Shown: positions 18,296 through 27,418 of the stretch, piece after piece
Layout: the number at the start of each line of letters is the position of its first letter
Numbering within the stretch: position 1 is the first letter of the stretch
DNA from: a virus
Reading direction: 5' to 3' (one strand)
DNA: 64,000 nucleotides
Virus record (IMG/VR): IMGVR_UViG_3300037225_000138
Location: 3,416 to 67,415 of that record
Translations under genes and position numbers: made by a program
Notes under the pieces: model-generated
Databases searched by the model: none
Told to the model about the DNA's origin: nothing
The model's input: the letters and a program-made list of their open reading frames with translations, nothing else

Positions 18296-19918
18296 ATGGA
18301 AAACGAATTAGTAGCAAAAGCAGAAGGATCAGCGATGACAAAATTCAGATCCTTATTAAGTCAGGATGTCATAAAGAAAAAATTTGAGGAAGCACTCGGG
18401 AAAAAAGCTCCAATGTTTGTGAGTAATCTCACGACTATTATGAGTGGAAGTGCGGAACTTCAAAAATGCGATCAGATGAGCGTAATATCATCTGCACTAA
18501 TGGCAGCAAGTATGGACTTACCTCTTACTCCGGGACTTGGATTTGCAGGGATTGTTCCTTACTTTGATGGACCATCACAGTTAATGAAAGCCCAATTTCA
18601 GGTAATGAAAAAGGGATTTATTCAGCTTGCACAGAGAACAGGTCTCTTTAAGATCATAAATGTATCAGAGGTTTATGAAGGAGAACTTAAAAGCCACAAT
18701 AAATTTACCGGAGAATATATTTTTGATGAGACAGGCAAGAAATCTGATAATGTCATCGGATATGTTTCTTATTTCCGGCTTATCAATGGTTTTGAGAAGT
18801 ATTATTACATGCCTATTGAGAAACTGGATATTCACGCCAAGAGATACAGCAAATCATTTCAGAGAGGCAAGGGCAAGTGGACAGACAAGGAAGAGGGTGG
18901 TTATGAACAAATGTGCGAAAAAACGGTTCTTAAACTTAATCTTTCGACTTATGCTCCTCTTTCTGTGGACATCAATATGATGAATGCTATTGTTTATGAC
19001 CAGGCAGAAATCAGGGATGTTGAGGGGAAAGATTTCGATTATGTGGATAATGAGGAATCCCATAAACTTGAAGAAAAGGACACAATAACCACAGAGGCAG
19101 GAAAGACAATCATTGTCAATAAAACCGATGCTTCCAAGTCTGAAGGTAGGACAACAAGAGCTACGAGTAAGATCAATCCTGATAAGTTCGCTGATAATAA
19201 GAACATTCAGGATGCAGAGATTATCCCTTCAATTCCGGTTAAAGAAGAACCTCCTATCAAAGCAAACAGGGGGTCTGGAGAATACATGAATGGAGTTAAG
19301 GTCATCAGGGATGAGGCAAAGAACATACTTAATCAAGATGAAATCGAGAAGGGAGACACTTCAAAGGATGTATTTCCTGAGAAAAAAGCGGGTGCATTTA
19401 CCGAGGGTGATCTTATGGACATGAAAGTGGAGGATCTTCTTAAAATCGTCAATGATGACATGGACATGATGGAAGCCATGAACCTAATACCCGGGAAGAA
19501 CACGAATAAGAAGCTCAGGGGAATTATCTTGGCTCATCAGGAGGAAAGGCTTACTGAATATACTGCACCCTTCCTGGATAAAGAAACAGGGGAAATTAAG
19601 GATGATAAAATGAATACAACTGGAGAACCAACAATTTTCGGTGAACCATCGGGAACTGCAGACATCAAACCTCTGGAGAAAAAAGGAGGAAATAAGTATA
19701 ATATTGAGGTTCCTGAGTTCGACAAGGGGCAATCCCGGGAATTTAGCACAACAAAATCTCTCTTCAATAAGTTGATGGGTGTCGAGCCTCAGATAACAAC
19801 TCCGAGATACATGACTCTTGCCGAGAAATTGGGATTGCTTACAAAATATCCTGATAAGGAGACTTTCGTAAAACTTGCAAGCACATCGGAAATCAATTTG
19901 CTATTGAATAGTAATTAA
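18296..19918 (+). CDS. recT: RecT-family single-strand annealing protein with a long C-terminal extension
   Basis: LQKCDQMSVI..ALMAASMDL...GLGFAGIVPY..AQFQVMKKGFIQLAQRTG, HAKRYSKSF and MCEKTVLK motifs; about 290 extra aa. Confidence 0.9.
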   Translation: MENELVAKAEGSAMTKFRSLLSQDVIKKKFEEALGKKAPMFVSNLTTIMSGSAELQKCDQMSVISSALMAASMDLPLTPGLGFAGIVPYFDGPSQLMKAQFQVMKKGFIQLAQRTGLFKIINVSEVYEGELKSHNKFTGEYIFDETGKKSDNVIGYVSYFRLINGFEKYYYMPIEKLDIHAKRYSKSFQRGKGKWTDKEEGGYEQMCEKTVLKLNLSTYAPLSVDINMMNAIVYDQAEIRDVEGKDFDYVDNEESHKLEEKDTITTEAGKTIIVNKTDASKSEGRTTRATSKINPDKFADNKNIQDAEIIPSIPVKEEPPIKANRGSGEYMNGVKVIRDEAKNILNQDEIEKGDTSKDVFPEKKAGAFTEGDLMDMKVEDLLKIVNDDMDMMEAMNLIPGKNTNKKLRGIILAHQEERLTEYTAPFLDKETGEIKDDKMNTTGEPTIFGEPSGTADIKPLEKKGGNKYNIEVPEFDKGQSREFSTTKSLFNKLMGVEPQITTPRYMTLAEKLGLLTKYPDKETFVKLASTSEINLLLNSN

Positions 19919-19927
19919 CTATCTTTG
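19897..19927 (+). promoter_or_regulatory. Bacteroidota-type promoter
   Basis: TTTG (19897-900), 19 nt, TATCTTTG (19920-27). Confidence 0.75.
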
Positions 19928-20015
19928 CATCAGACTTCTTGTTTTTACTGGACAACAGAAACTAAAGAGCGGATGGCTGAGATAGCTTGAAGCTCTTTTT
20001 TAATCTCATACAGAA

Positions 20016-20504
20016 ATGGATAACATAATCGAATTACCAAAGCCAAGTGATGTCACTCAGATTATGATTTTCAGGATGCTCTGGCATTACTCTGACAGAA
20101 AATCATTCTTATCAGGACTATGGTTGCGGGAATACATGGACACACCATTATTCCCGAATTGCTTTGCTCATGTGCTTCCGAAGGGGATGAATAAATACCC
20201 GTATTTTAAATTCTATGCCAAAAACGTGATTTTGCTAAGCCCCGGCGAACACGCCCTCTACGATCAGGGTACAGAAGAGGCTCGCATATCATACGCCATA
20301 GACTTAGAGGAGAAATCAGGAGGCAAGAACACCGCACGATGGGATAAGATCAAAGCCTTGGAGGATGAATTGCTCAAAGAGTATCAGAAATGGTTCCCGT
20401 CAACACGTGGCATGATGGTAGGGTGTAAATATTCTCTGGCAGAGCAACAGATAATCATTGGAGCTCTCAACCAGGAGTTTTTTGATCAGTTAAAAAAGAA
20501 ATGA
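20016..20504 (+). CDS. HNH-like nuclease-fold phage protein
   Basis: FAHVLPKG..KYP......NVILL...EH..YD pattern. Confidence 0.55.
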   Translation: MDNIIELPKPSDVTQIMIFRMLWHYSDRKSFLSGLWLREYMDTPLFPNCFAHVLPKGMNKYPYFKFYAKNVILLSPGEHALYDQGTEEARISYAIDLEEKSGGKNTARWDKIKALEDELLKEYQKWFPSTRGMMVGCKYSLAEQQIIIGALNQEFFDQLKKK

Positions 20505-20641
20505 TGTACGAATGTATCAGGGATCCAGAAGAAGATGATGAGCCGACTCCGGAATCGGATCCTATGGTTATAATGGCAAGACTTGATGAGTGGTGGAAGA
20601 TCGAGGAGAGTCTTAAAGCAAATAAAGAAGGGGCCGAATGA
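20501..20641 (+). CDS. Small acidic hypothetical protein (46 aa)
   Basis: ATGA overlap with the previous gene; ends in the terminator. Confidence 0.4.
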   Translation: MMYECIRDPEEDDEPTPESDPMVIMARLDEWWKIEESLKANKEGAE

Positions 20642-20654
20642 AGCCCCTTCTTTT
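20624..20654. terminator. Bidirectional Rho-independent terminator
   Basis: AAAGAAGGGGC-cgaatgaa-GCCCCTTCTTTT, between convergent gene blocks. Confidence 0.85.
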
Positions 20655-20805
20655 AATCATCATATTTCAGTTGAAATAGTTTTTTGAGTCCTGCAAGCGG
20701 ATTATTCCTTTCCTTCTCTCTTGCATGCTTACGGGAAATAGTGCCGTGTATTAATCGCAATCTCTTGATATGCGTTTTTTGTTTCTTTTTATTTTTATAT
20801 GCCAT
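20653..20805 (-). CDS. Small basic hypothetical protein (50 aa)
   Basis: MAYKNKKKQKTHIKRLRL...; not in the ORF track. Confidence 0.45.
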   Translation of the reverse strand: MAYKNKKKQKTHIKRLRLIHGTISRKHAREKERNNPLAGLKKLFQLKYDD

Positions 20806-20826
20806 AGTATAGTTATTAAGGGTTAA

Positions 20827-21105
20827 TTATTCCATCTCTGGTAAGTTCTCTTTGTCGAGAATAGCCTCCAGTTCTGCTATCTCCCCGACAGGGACCTCTT
20901 TAAATTCCTTCTTTTCGGGGTAATTAGGTGTGCCCTGGCGACAAGCCATGTAAAGCATTCTTTTCTCTGCATAGTGCTGAATGGCTTCTGCATTGGATAT
21001 TCTTGCATCAACCAAGATCACCGTTCTGCCATCAACACGTACACTTTTCATCTGTCTGACAGGCATAACGGCTTTTTTCTTGGCAGGCGTGAATGTGTGG
21101 CTCAT
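20827..21105 (-). CDS. Hypothetical protein
   Basis: 92 aa; part of the overlapping minus-strand block. Confidence 0.6.
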   Translation of the reverse strand: MSHTFTPAKKKAVMPVRQMKSVRVDGRTVILVDARISNAEAIQHYAEKRMLYMACRQGTPNYPEKKEFKEVPVGEIAELEAILDKENLPEME

Positions 21106-21296
21106 GGTTTTTTAGATTTAGAATATTTAATAGCAAGTCCATGCCGATCTATTTCAGTATTGTAATCAGGATGTTTTTCTGGGATGAAAGAAGTGTTATG
21201 ATATAATACGCGTCCTTTCCTATTCCTAATTACAGTCTCAATAAATAAAAATTTCTGTCGGATCATGGTCTGAAATGATTTATGAACATACAACAC
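21102..21296 (-). CDS. Hypothetical protein
   Basis: Overlaps both neighbours; start uncertain. Confidence 0.45.
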   Translation of the reverse strand: MLYVHKSFQTMIRQKFLFIETVIRNRKGRVLYHNTSFIPEKHPDYNTEIDRHGLAIKYSKSKKP

Positions 21297-21490
21297 AGGA
21301 TAACAATTACAGCTATTATCGCAAATGCGACAATGACATGAAAGATTCGTTTAGCCAGAGGAGGCTCAGGAGGAACAACCCTGCTATTAAGCCGGTAGTG
21401 AGAACAGGCTTCGCAGATGTAAAGAGTAGTGCTATCATAGTTTTCCAGATAGCTACAAATGACTTTCTTGTTGTACGGACATTTCATCAT
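21263..21490 (-). CDS. Cys-rich protein with a C-terminal TM helix
   Basis: KCPY....C...CEACSH plus a hydrophobic IFHVIVAFAIIAVIVIL segment. Confidence 0.55.
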   Translation of the reverse strand: MMKCPYNKKVICSYLENYDSTTLYICEACSHYRLNSRVVPPEPPLAKRIFHVIVAFAIIAVIVILCCMFINHFRP

Positions 21491-21499
21491 AAATTTTAT

Positions 21500-21952
21500 T
21501 TAAAGATTTGATTGGATTAATTTCCAGTATTTGATAGTTTTCTTATTCTGCCATCCTTTTTCTCCTCCATTCCAAGAACGTGCTACAACTTCCAAGTCCG
21601 GGGACTGACAGTAGTACATAAATATCTTTTTTGATATTTCTGGGTTAAAGAGGTCTTTAATCGTGTAGTGCATCCCGTTCTTTTTGTTGTAGTCCTTCAG
21701 CCGGGACTCTCTTATTTGTACTATGCCAAAAGAGTGCTTTTTTAACTGTTTGTCTCCTATTGCATAGGGATTAAAGCCACTCTCAACAGCACAAGTCGCA
21801 TGGAAGAGGGCTTCAAAGGGCATTATTGCTTCTGTCTCTGGGATATACACCGCATGGTTAGGCGGGGCGCTCAGGACGAAGCAAAAAAAGCTAATTATAA
21901 AAGTCAAAGTGATCATTTTCATCGTTGTATTATTAGTTAATACTCTGTGCAT
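21500..21952 (-). CDS. Lysozyme-fold muramidase/transglycosylase (i-type/destabilase-like) with an N-terminal hydrophobic segment
   Basis: AVESGFNPYAIGD....FGIVQIR and ARSWNGG..GW....T..YW motifs. Confidence 0.75.
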   Translation of the reverse strand: MHRVLTNNTTMKMITLTFIISFFCFVLSAPPNHAVYIPETEAIMPFEALFHATCAVESGFNPYAIGDKQLKKHSFGIVQIRESRLKDYNKKNGMHYTIKDLFNPEISKKIFMYYCQSPDLEVVARSWNGGEKGWQNKKTIKYWKLIQSNL

Positions 21953-22009
21953 CGTGTTTTTATCAATAAAAAAGACCGGGAAGGAACACACAAACCCGCC
22001 CGGTCCTAA

Positions 22010-22438
22010 TTAGCCCATGTAATTTAATTGGGCGTTTTTATCGTGTTCAATAGCCCATTGATATACCAATAGGCCGGTAATATCTTTTAAAGTCAAATAA
22101 AGCGGTTTGTTCTCTTTCTCGGTCACCATATCCATCCATCGCTGAAAATAGCCACAGAGTTCACGCAAATCATTCCAGGCGTAAATTATAAGCCTATTAT
22201 CCTTGTCATTAATACCAAACGGAGCTTTATAGAGTATTAAAATAACAATCTCATCCATTTCCGACTTATGAACATATTGCCAGGTCTCCTGGTTGCCATA
22301 ATTAATGAATCTTTGCAGGGCGTGGATCGGTTCCCGGTCGAGAAGGTCTGCCAGAAAGTCAAGGCAGGAGCAGTCATCATTTGCAATTACCCTGATATGT
22401 TTTATGGTCCCTGATGTTGCCATTACTTGTTTATTCAT
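22010..22438 (-). CDS. Hypothetical protein
   Basis: 142 aa; TACCTTTG on the minus strand at 22443-22450, just upstream. Confidence 0.6.
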   Translation of the reverse strand: MNKQVMATSGTIKHIRVIANDDCSCLDFLADLLDREPIHALQRFINYGNQETWQYVHKSEMDEIVILILYKAPFGINDKDNRLIIYAWNDLRELCGYFQRWMDMVTEKENKPLYLTLKDITGLLVYQWAIEHDKNAQLNYMG

Positions 22439-22457
22439 AGAACAAAGGTACGATTTT

Positions 22458-22757
22458 TTAATATTTCAAGTATTTATGTACTCGCAAGGCTTTGATTAAA
22501 GCAAAATTTCTGTATTGATCATATTTTGCCCGGAGTTTATTGTCGCACATCTCACACAGCTCTTCATCGAGTTTTATCTTATCGTTTTCCGGATCATCGA
22601 GCAATAACTGACCGCATGACCGGCATTTGCCGATTTCAAAAGACTTTCTTTTTTTCGTCTTTTTTGGAATGACAACCGGTTCCGGGACCTCTTCAATGAT
22701 CTCCGGTTCCGGTCGTGCATCCTGTTCCAATTCTCCAAAGATGTTATACTGAGGCAT
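22458..22757 (-). CDS. Zn-ribbon hypothetical protein
   Basis: CRSCG...LCEMCD. Confidence 0.6.
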   Translation of the reverse strand: MPQYNIFGELEQDARPEPEIIEEVPEPVVIPKKTKKRKSFEIGKCRSCGQLLLDDPENDKIKLDEELCEMCDNKLRAKYDQYRNFALIKALRVHKYLKY

Positions 22758-23032
22758 TATTCAGTCGCTTTTTCGATTGCTTTATTCAGCATGATAATTT
22801 TATCCTTTAGAACCCCATTCCCCACAAGAAAGCTAATTGCTTCGAGAATAGTTACCACGTTACTCGCAGCTTCAAGTAAATCCGGCGCTGCAGCAATGAG
22901 CTTTGCATTTGCTTCCTGCTCTTTATCCTCTTTGTCAAAATAGGGGATCAGTGCAAGTGTTTTTCCTGTTTCAATCGGATAGATTTGCCCTTCTTTGGCA
23001 AACCATTCTCCCTTTGTGTGTAGTGTTTCCAT
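22757..23032 (-). CDS. Conserved phage protein (HTxGxW...ANAKLIAAAPDLLEA family)
   Basis: Family motif recognisable by eye. Confidence 0.75.
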   Translation of the reverse strand: METLHTKGEWFAKEGQIYPIETGKTLALIPYFDKEDKEQEANAKLIAAAPDLLEAASNVVTILEAISFLVGNGVLKDKIIMLNKAIEKATE

Positions 23033-23064
23033 TTTTTCGCTTTTTATGTGTTTTTAAATTCAAA

Positions 23065-23301
23065 TTAATTCTGTGCATCGAGTTTGAAAAATTCCGAGGC
23101 TTCCATTACCTCATCCCATCCCGTTTCGAAATTCTGATCGGTTTTAGCTTCGCCCATCGAGTTGTATAAGTAGGGCAGACCTTTACGGGGTCCTTCATTA
23201 TATCTAACGCAATCGCGGGCGGGACGTTTACCGGAGAGAAGCACAAAGGAAACAATAAATTTTCCTTGTAGCTCTTCAGGTGTGTAAATTGGCGCGCTCA
23301 T
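23065..23301 (-). CDS. Hypothetical protein
   Basis: 78 aa in the minus-strand block. Confidence 0.55.
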   Translation of the reverse strand: MSAPIYTPEELQGKFIVSFVLLSGKRPARDCVRYNEGPRKGLPYLYNSMGEAKTDQNFETGWDEVMEASEFFKLDAQN

Positions 23302-23474
23302 CGTTTAACCGGTTTGAAGGGTTTAACTGCAGGTGTGCAGATCATAACCAGGCACACAATAACAAAAAGAATAAGTAAATATGACATATCGTTTAAATTT
23401 TGTGGTTTAATCCTGGTAATTGCCCCCGATCAAAGGAACGACCGGAGGCACACCAAGACAAACCAATTAAAAAA

Positions 23475-24350
23475 TTATTTTAAAGAAAATTTTATCCCGT
23501 TAGGCAATTCGGCCAAGTTTACGACCTTCATAAATTGCGTGAATTGTTCCGGGTTTACTCTTTTGGCATAAGGGGAATCATACCAGTTAAAAACCCCCTC
23601 ATTTGAATGATCGTAATAAATAAAATTATCAATAGGTACTCCTGCAGACAACACCGCAAGTTTAACGGCTTTTTCGTTGTTAATCTTTTGGATCTCTTTT
23701 TCTGCGCGGTCTTTTACTTCTTGGATCGTTTTTTCTCTTTGATCTTCAACGGCTTTTATTTTGCGCTCGTTTATTTCCTTCTCCGAATAATAGCCGGACT
23801 CAATTTTTTGAACAATCGCGGCGCGGTCTTCTGCCGTTAGTCTTGGCATTGTTTCTTTAGTGCTGGAATCCGTGTAAACTTCGCCGGTCATCTTCTCCAG
23901 TAATTTAATAGCTTTGTTTGCTTCTTCCTGCCAACGGTCCACGATACCCAAATTTTCAAGCTGAAGCCAAAAATGTAACTTATCCCCGCTATTTTTTAAT
24001 ATATCGTATTCATTTGAAGTAACACGCATATAATTAACGGCCTTTTCTTTTGTGTCCGTTGTCATAATATAGTAACTGTTTTCAATCGGGTACATTGGCG
24101 CACCCTTAGAGCTACATAAATGAAGATCAACAAACGGCTGAAGATCGGGCCGGAGTTTTAAAATTTCCTCATGTACGCATCCGCAAACGTCACAATCCCG
24201 GCGCCTGCTACCTTTCTCCCATCCTTCTCCGGTAATACTAAAATCATCGTGCCCGTTGTTACATTCATCATCCAGGCGAATCGAAATATTAAACCTTCCA
24301 AAGTCTGAGCCCTTAAGCTCTTCTGATGTTAAATAAATTTTTGTTTTCAT
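23475..24350 (-). CDS. Conserved early phage protein with a His/Cys/Asp metal-binding N-terminal domain
   Basis: IRLDDECNNGHDDFSITG...CGCVHEEI...FVDLHLC...GAPMY; first gene after the leftward promoter. Confidence 0.7.
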   Translation of the reverse strand: MKTKIYLTSEELKGSDFGRFNISIRLDDECNNGHDDFSITGEGWEKGSRRRDCDVCGCVHEEILKLRPDLQPFVDLHLCSSKGAPMYPIENSYYIMTTDTKEKAVNYMRVTSNEYDILKNSGDKLHFWLQLENLGIVDRWQEEANKAIKLLEKMTGEVYTDSSTKETMPRLTAEDRAAIVQKIESGYYSEKEINERKIKAVEDQREKTIQEVKDRAEKEIQKINNEKAVKLAVLSAGVPIDNFIYYDHSNEGVFNWYDSPYAKRVNPEQFTQFMKVVNLAELPNGIKFSLK

Positions 24351-24379
24351 TGTCGTGTGTTTTTAATTGGTTTACAGAT

Positions 24380-24411
24380 CAAAGATAACACCTATATATA
24401 TAACTACCAAA
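24380..24411 (-). promoter_or_regulatory. Leftward Bacteroidota-type promoter
   Basis: On the minus strand: TTTG (24408-11), 20 nt, TATCTTTG (24380-87). Confidence 0.8.
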
Positions 24412-24461
24412 CAAAAAGCAATAATAATAATATAAAATAGTAAAATAAATGTATTAATATA

Positions 24462-24493
24462 TTTGTTTATATGGATATTGTATTTTATCTTTA
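24462..24493 (+). promoter_or_regulatory. Rightward near-consensus promoter
   Basis: TTTG (24462-65), 20 nt, TATCTTTA (24486-93). Confidence 0.6.
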
Positions 24494-24525
24494 CTGATCA
24501 TTAATATTAATTAATTCATACGACA

Positions 24526-24831
24526 ATGAAAAACACACTTAACAACATCTTTTTAAATGATTGTCAGATTGATACAGTTATTGACCTCCTGGAGGAGGAA
24601 ATAAAAGCCAAGCGCCACAGCTTGCGGAAGAGTGCAGAAATTGCGATCCGTCATTATGTCGGAACGTTGGCGCACCTCAGGAGCGTAAAAAAGACCTTAA
24701 CAGCTCAGCAATGGTTAAAGGAACAAGAGGAGGCCGGAATAATGCAGGCCGAAGAGTCCGAAAATTCAAACCTTTACGACTTCTTTACAATAGGAGTACG
24801 GGAAGCAGAACGCAGAAAAGCAGTAGTTTAA
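24526..24831 (+). CDS. Hypothetical protein, monocistronic
   Basis: Has its own promoter and a downstream terminator. Confidence 0.65.
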   Translation: MKNTLNNIFLNDCQIDTVIDLLEEEIKAKRHSLRKSAEIAIRHYVGTLAHLRSVKKTLTAQQWLKEQEEAGIMQAEESENSNLYDFFTIGVREAERRKAVV

Positions 24832-24844
24832 TCTTAATATTAAT

Positions 24845-25474
24845 CTATTTATCAGCCCTGGGCCTCATGTTCCGGGGCTTTTTCTTTGTTCCTTTCAGAT
24901 CATCAAGGCAATTATTAACTAAAACTTTATAGAGATCCTTCTCCATATCTTCTATTAACCGCACCCCAGAAGATGACAAGCGAATAAAAACCGGTTGCCG
25001 GGAATAGGACCGGGAAAGGAAAGGCGCGGACGTGTCACGGGTTGACCTGGTAATATATCCGGCTTTCTTTAACTTCCTGAAGACATAGTTACGGCCCTTC
25101 ACCGTCATATAATCGAGCGCAACGCACCCCAGAACCTTCGAGGAGTTAATTATTTCCCGCCCTTTACCCGTCACAGAGTAAAGAAACGCAAGCACGGAGA
25201 GTTCAGCGGGGGAAATATTGAGCCTGATCCGGAGAAAGTCCACCGCATAATAAGAATATAACACCCCCCCGAACCCCGTAAACCGGGAAGCAGGCGCCAC
25301 AACATCCCAGAGAAAACGGAACACCTTAACAAATATCCGCTTATTATTAAACTCTAATGATTGATATATACTATTTAGTTCAGGAGAGAGAGAAGGAGAA
25401 CAGCCGCCGGAGGCCGTTATTTCTTCTAATTCTTCTCTTTTGCCTTCAAATTCGCCGTTTGCCGCTTCTACCAT
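24845..25474 (-). CDS. MarR-like winged-helix regulator
   Basis: ISPAELSVLAFLY...FRKLKKAGYITR...IRLSSSGVRLIEDM; TATCTTTG on the minus strand at 25499-25506. Confidence 0.6.
   Translation of the reverse strand: MVEAANGEFEGKREELEEITASGGCSPSLSPELNSIYQSLEFNNKRIFVKVFRFLWDVVAPASRFTGFGGVLYSYYAVDFLRIRLNISPAELSVLAFLYSVTGKGREIINSSKVLGCVALDYMTVKGRNYVFRKLKKAGYITRSTRDTSAPFLSRSYSRQPVFIRLSSSGVRLIEDMEKDLYKVLVNNCLDDLKGTKKKPRNMRPRADK
24854..24883 (+). terminator. Rho-independent terminator
   Basis: AGCCCTGG...CCGGGGCT followed by TTTT. Confidence 0.7.
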
Positions 25475-25968
25475 ACTATACTATTGAATTAACAACTACA
25501 AAGATATGATTTTAATAGGTAACACCGACTGTTTTATATATATTACTAATGTATTCAGTATCAAGCAGAACACAAAAACGGGCTTTAAGATCGGCAAGAT
25601 TGAAACGTTCAAAGCTATTCGCACAGCCTCAATACATGGGCACATACGCACACGCTAAAAAGTCCTATAATAATTATTATGTAAAATAGAATTAAATTGT
25701 ATAGAAATGTTTATTTGTTTCCTGGTTCCTCCCCTACCCTATTATTCAGGGCTTGCGAGCTCTTTATATTGCCCTGATCAGATCAATAAAGCGCTTTTTT
25801 GGCTTTGTGTTTCCGCTCTCTGGGGCGCAATGTATGGGGGGGCGGGTCCGCAAAAACCGTTTTTCTTTTGGGCGCGGAGGCGCTATGCATATTAGTCGTC
25901 ACGCGGGTATAGTCACTATGGTTGGGCAGTTATTTTTAAAATTAAAAGTGCCAATATGTGTAAGCTGA

Positions 25969-26000
25969 TTTGGAAGTCTAATTAGTTAGATTTATATTTG
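25969..26000 (+). promoter_or_regulatory. Bacteroidota-type promoter
   Basis: TTTG (25969-72), 20 nt, TATATTTG (25993-26000). Confidence 0.75.
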
Positions 26001-26026
26001 TACAGTTATTGGCAATTATATTAGAT

Positions 26027-26320
26027 ATGGTAAATATAAAGAGGAGAGACACGGGGGCGGATTACACCATAATTGAGTTAAAGGATAAGAGGGTGGAGGA
26101 TGATCTTGAGGAGTGTTTTAAGACACGCTGTACGAATAAGAGTATGTTGGAAGAGATAACGGGGATAAAGTACAACAGGTTGGTTTATTTGTTTGCTAAG
26201 AGGCATAAGAGTTATCTTGTAGAGAATGGGTATATGATAATAAAGACGACAACGGTATTTAAGGGGAGACAGCCTGGGGGGATAAGGAATAAGGGGTTAT
26301 ATCGAAGGGGGAATGGTTAG
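26027..26320 (+). CDS. Hypothetical basic protein
   Basis: ATG 26027 downstream of the promoter. Confidence 0.55.
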   Translation: MVNIKRRDTGADYTIIELKDKRVEDDLEECFKTRCTNKSMLEEITGIKYNRLVYLFAKRHKSYLVENGYMIIKTTTVFKGRQPGGIRNKGLYRRGNG

Positions 26321-26374
26321 GGTACCTTTCTTTAGAACGTGGCATGGGAAGGAATTACTAATTACAGATAAGAT

Positions 26375-27205
26375 ATGAATAAGATTGATACTGCCATACA
26401 AACTATTCGCAAAGCTGAATCACTGGCTCTGAAATATCAGGATTATGGTTTTCATTTGGCTTTTTCAGGTGGAAAAGATTCGCAGGTTATTTATGAATTA
26501 TGCAAAATGGCAGGGGTTAAGTTTCGTCCGGTTATGCAAGTAACTACGCTCGATCCACCGGAACTGATGAAGTTTGTCAGAAAGAATTATCCTGATGTGA
26601 TTATGGAGAGGCCCGAAATTAACTTTTATAAACTGATTGAGAAGAAAAAATCACTCCCATTAATGCACTCAAGATATTGTTGCCATTATCTAAAAGAACA
26701 GGCAGGGGCTGGGACGGTAACTATTATTGGAGTGAGAAGACAGGAAAGTTTAAGGAGGTCAAAAAGGAATGAGATAGAAATTCAAGGTAATAAATACTCA
26801 AATACTCTCGATCAGTTTAATATTGATAATCAAAATCAAATTATCTGCATAGGTGGGAAGGACAAGATAATGTTATTACCAATTTTAATGTGGACTTATT
26901 CAGATGTATGGAAATTTATAAGGGATAAAAATTTAGAATATTGCAATCTATATGATCGGGGTTACCAGAGAATTGGCTGTATGTTTTGTCCTATGGCATC
27001 AGTAAAAGTTAAACGATTAGACAGAAAAAATTATCCGGGGGTTGAAAGGCAAATTAAAAAAAGTATCAAAGTTATTGTTGATTCAAACGATTATGGGAAG
27101 GATAATCTCGGCTCCAACGTTGACGACATATTCAACTGGTGGATTTCAAATGATTCAGTAGCAAAATATATGGCAAAAAAACTTCAATATAAAATAGAAT
27201 TATGA
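26375..27205 (+). CDS. Phosphoadenosine phosphosulfate reductase-family protein
   Basis: PP-loop AFSGGKDS, RYCC..LKE, GVRRQES..R and RIGCMFCP motifs. Confidence 0.9.
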   Translation: MNKIDTAIQTIRKAESLALKYQDYGFHLAFSGGKDSQVIYELCKMAGVKFRPVMQVTTLDPPELMKFVRKNYPDVIMERPEINFYKLIEKKKSLPLMHSRYCCHYLKEQAGAGTVTIIGVRRQESLRRSKRNEIEIQGNKYSNTLDQFNIDNQNQIICIGGKDKIMLLPILMWTYSDVWKFIRDKNLEYCNLYDRGYQRIGCMFCPMASVKVKRLDRKNYPGVERQIKKSIKVIVDSNDYGKDNLGSNVDDIFNWWISNDSVAKYMAKKLQYKIEL

Positions 27206-27324
27206 AACAGAAAGTTTATTTATCAGGAGGCATTGAACTAACAGATGAAAATTGGTTCCCCTCTTTGAAAAAGAAAAATTGTATTATTTGTAAAAAATGC
27301 AATAATGATAAAAAGCAATTATAA
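27202..27324 (+). pseudogene. 40-aa chimeric gene remnant
   Basis: MKQKVYLSGGI (nucleoside deoxyribosyltransferase/DUF4406-like start) joined to GIELTDENW....CKKC (zinc-finger-like). Confidence 0.4.
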
Positions 27325-27387
27325 GATCGAAAACTTTCCCTGGTATAGCAAAAACTATGGCAACTCAGTGGGGATGAAAATGAATAT

Positions 27388-27418
27388 TTTGTTTTGTGGA
27401 GAATATCGCATAACTTTG
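27388..27418 (+). promoter_or_regulatory. Promoter (TAACTTTG variant)
   Basis: TTTG (27388-91), 19 nt, TAACTTTG (27411-18). Confidence 0.7.

Noticed and set aside
25707-25968. Short ORFs in the putative terminus region
   Set aside because: Atypical composition and no recognisable motifs; probably non-coding.
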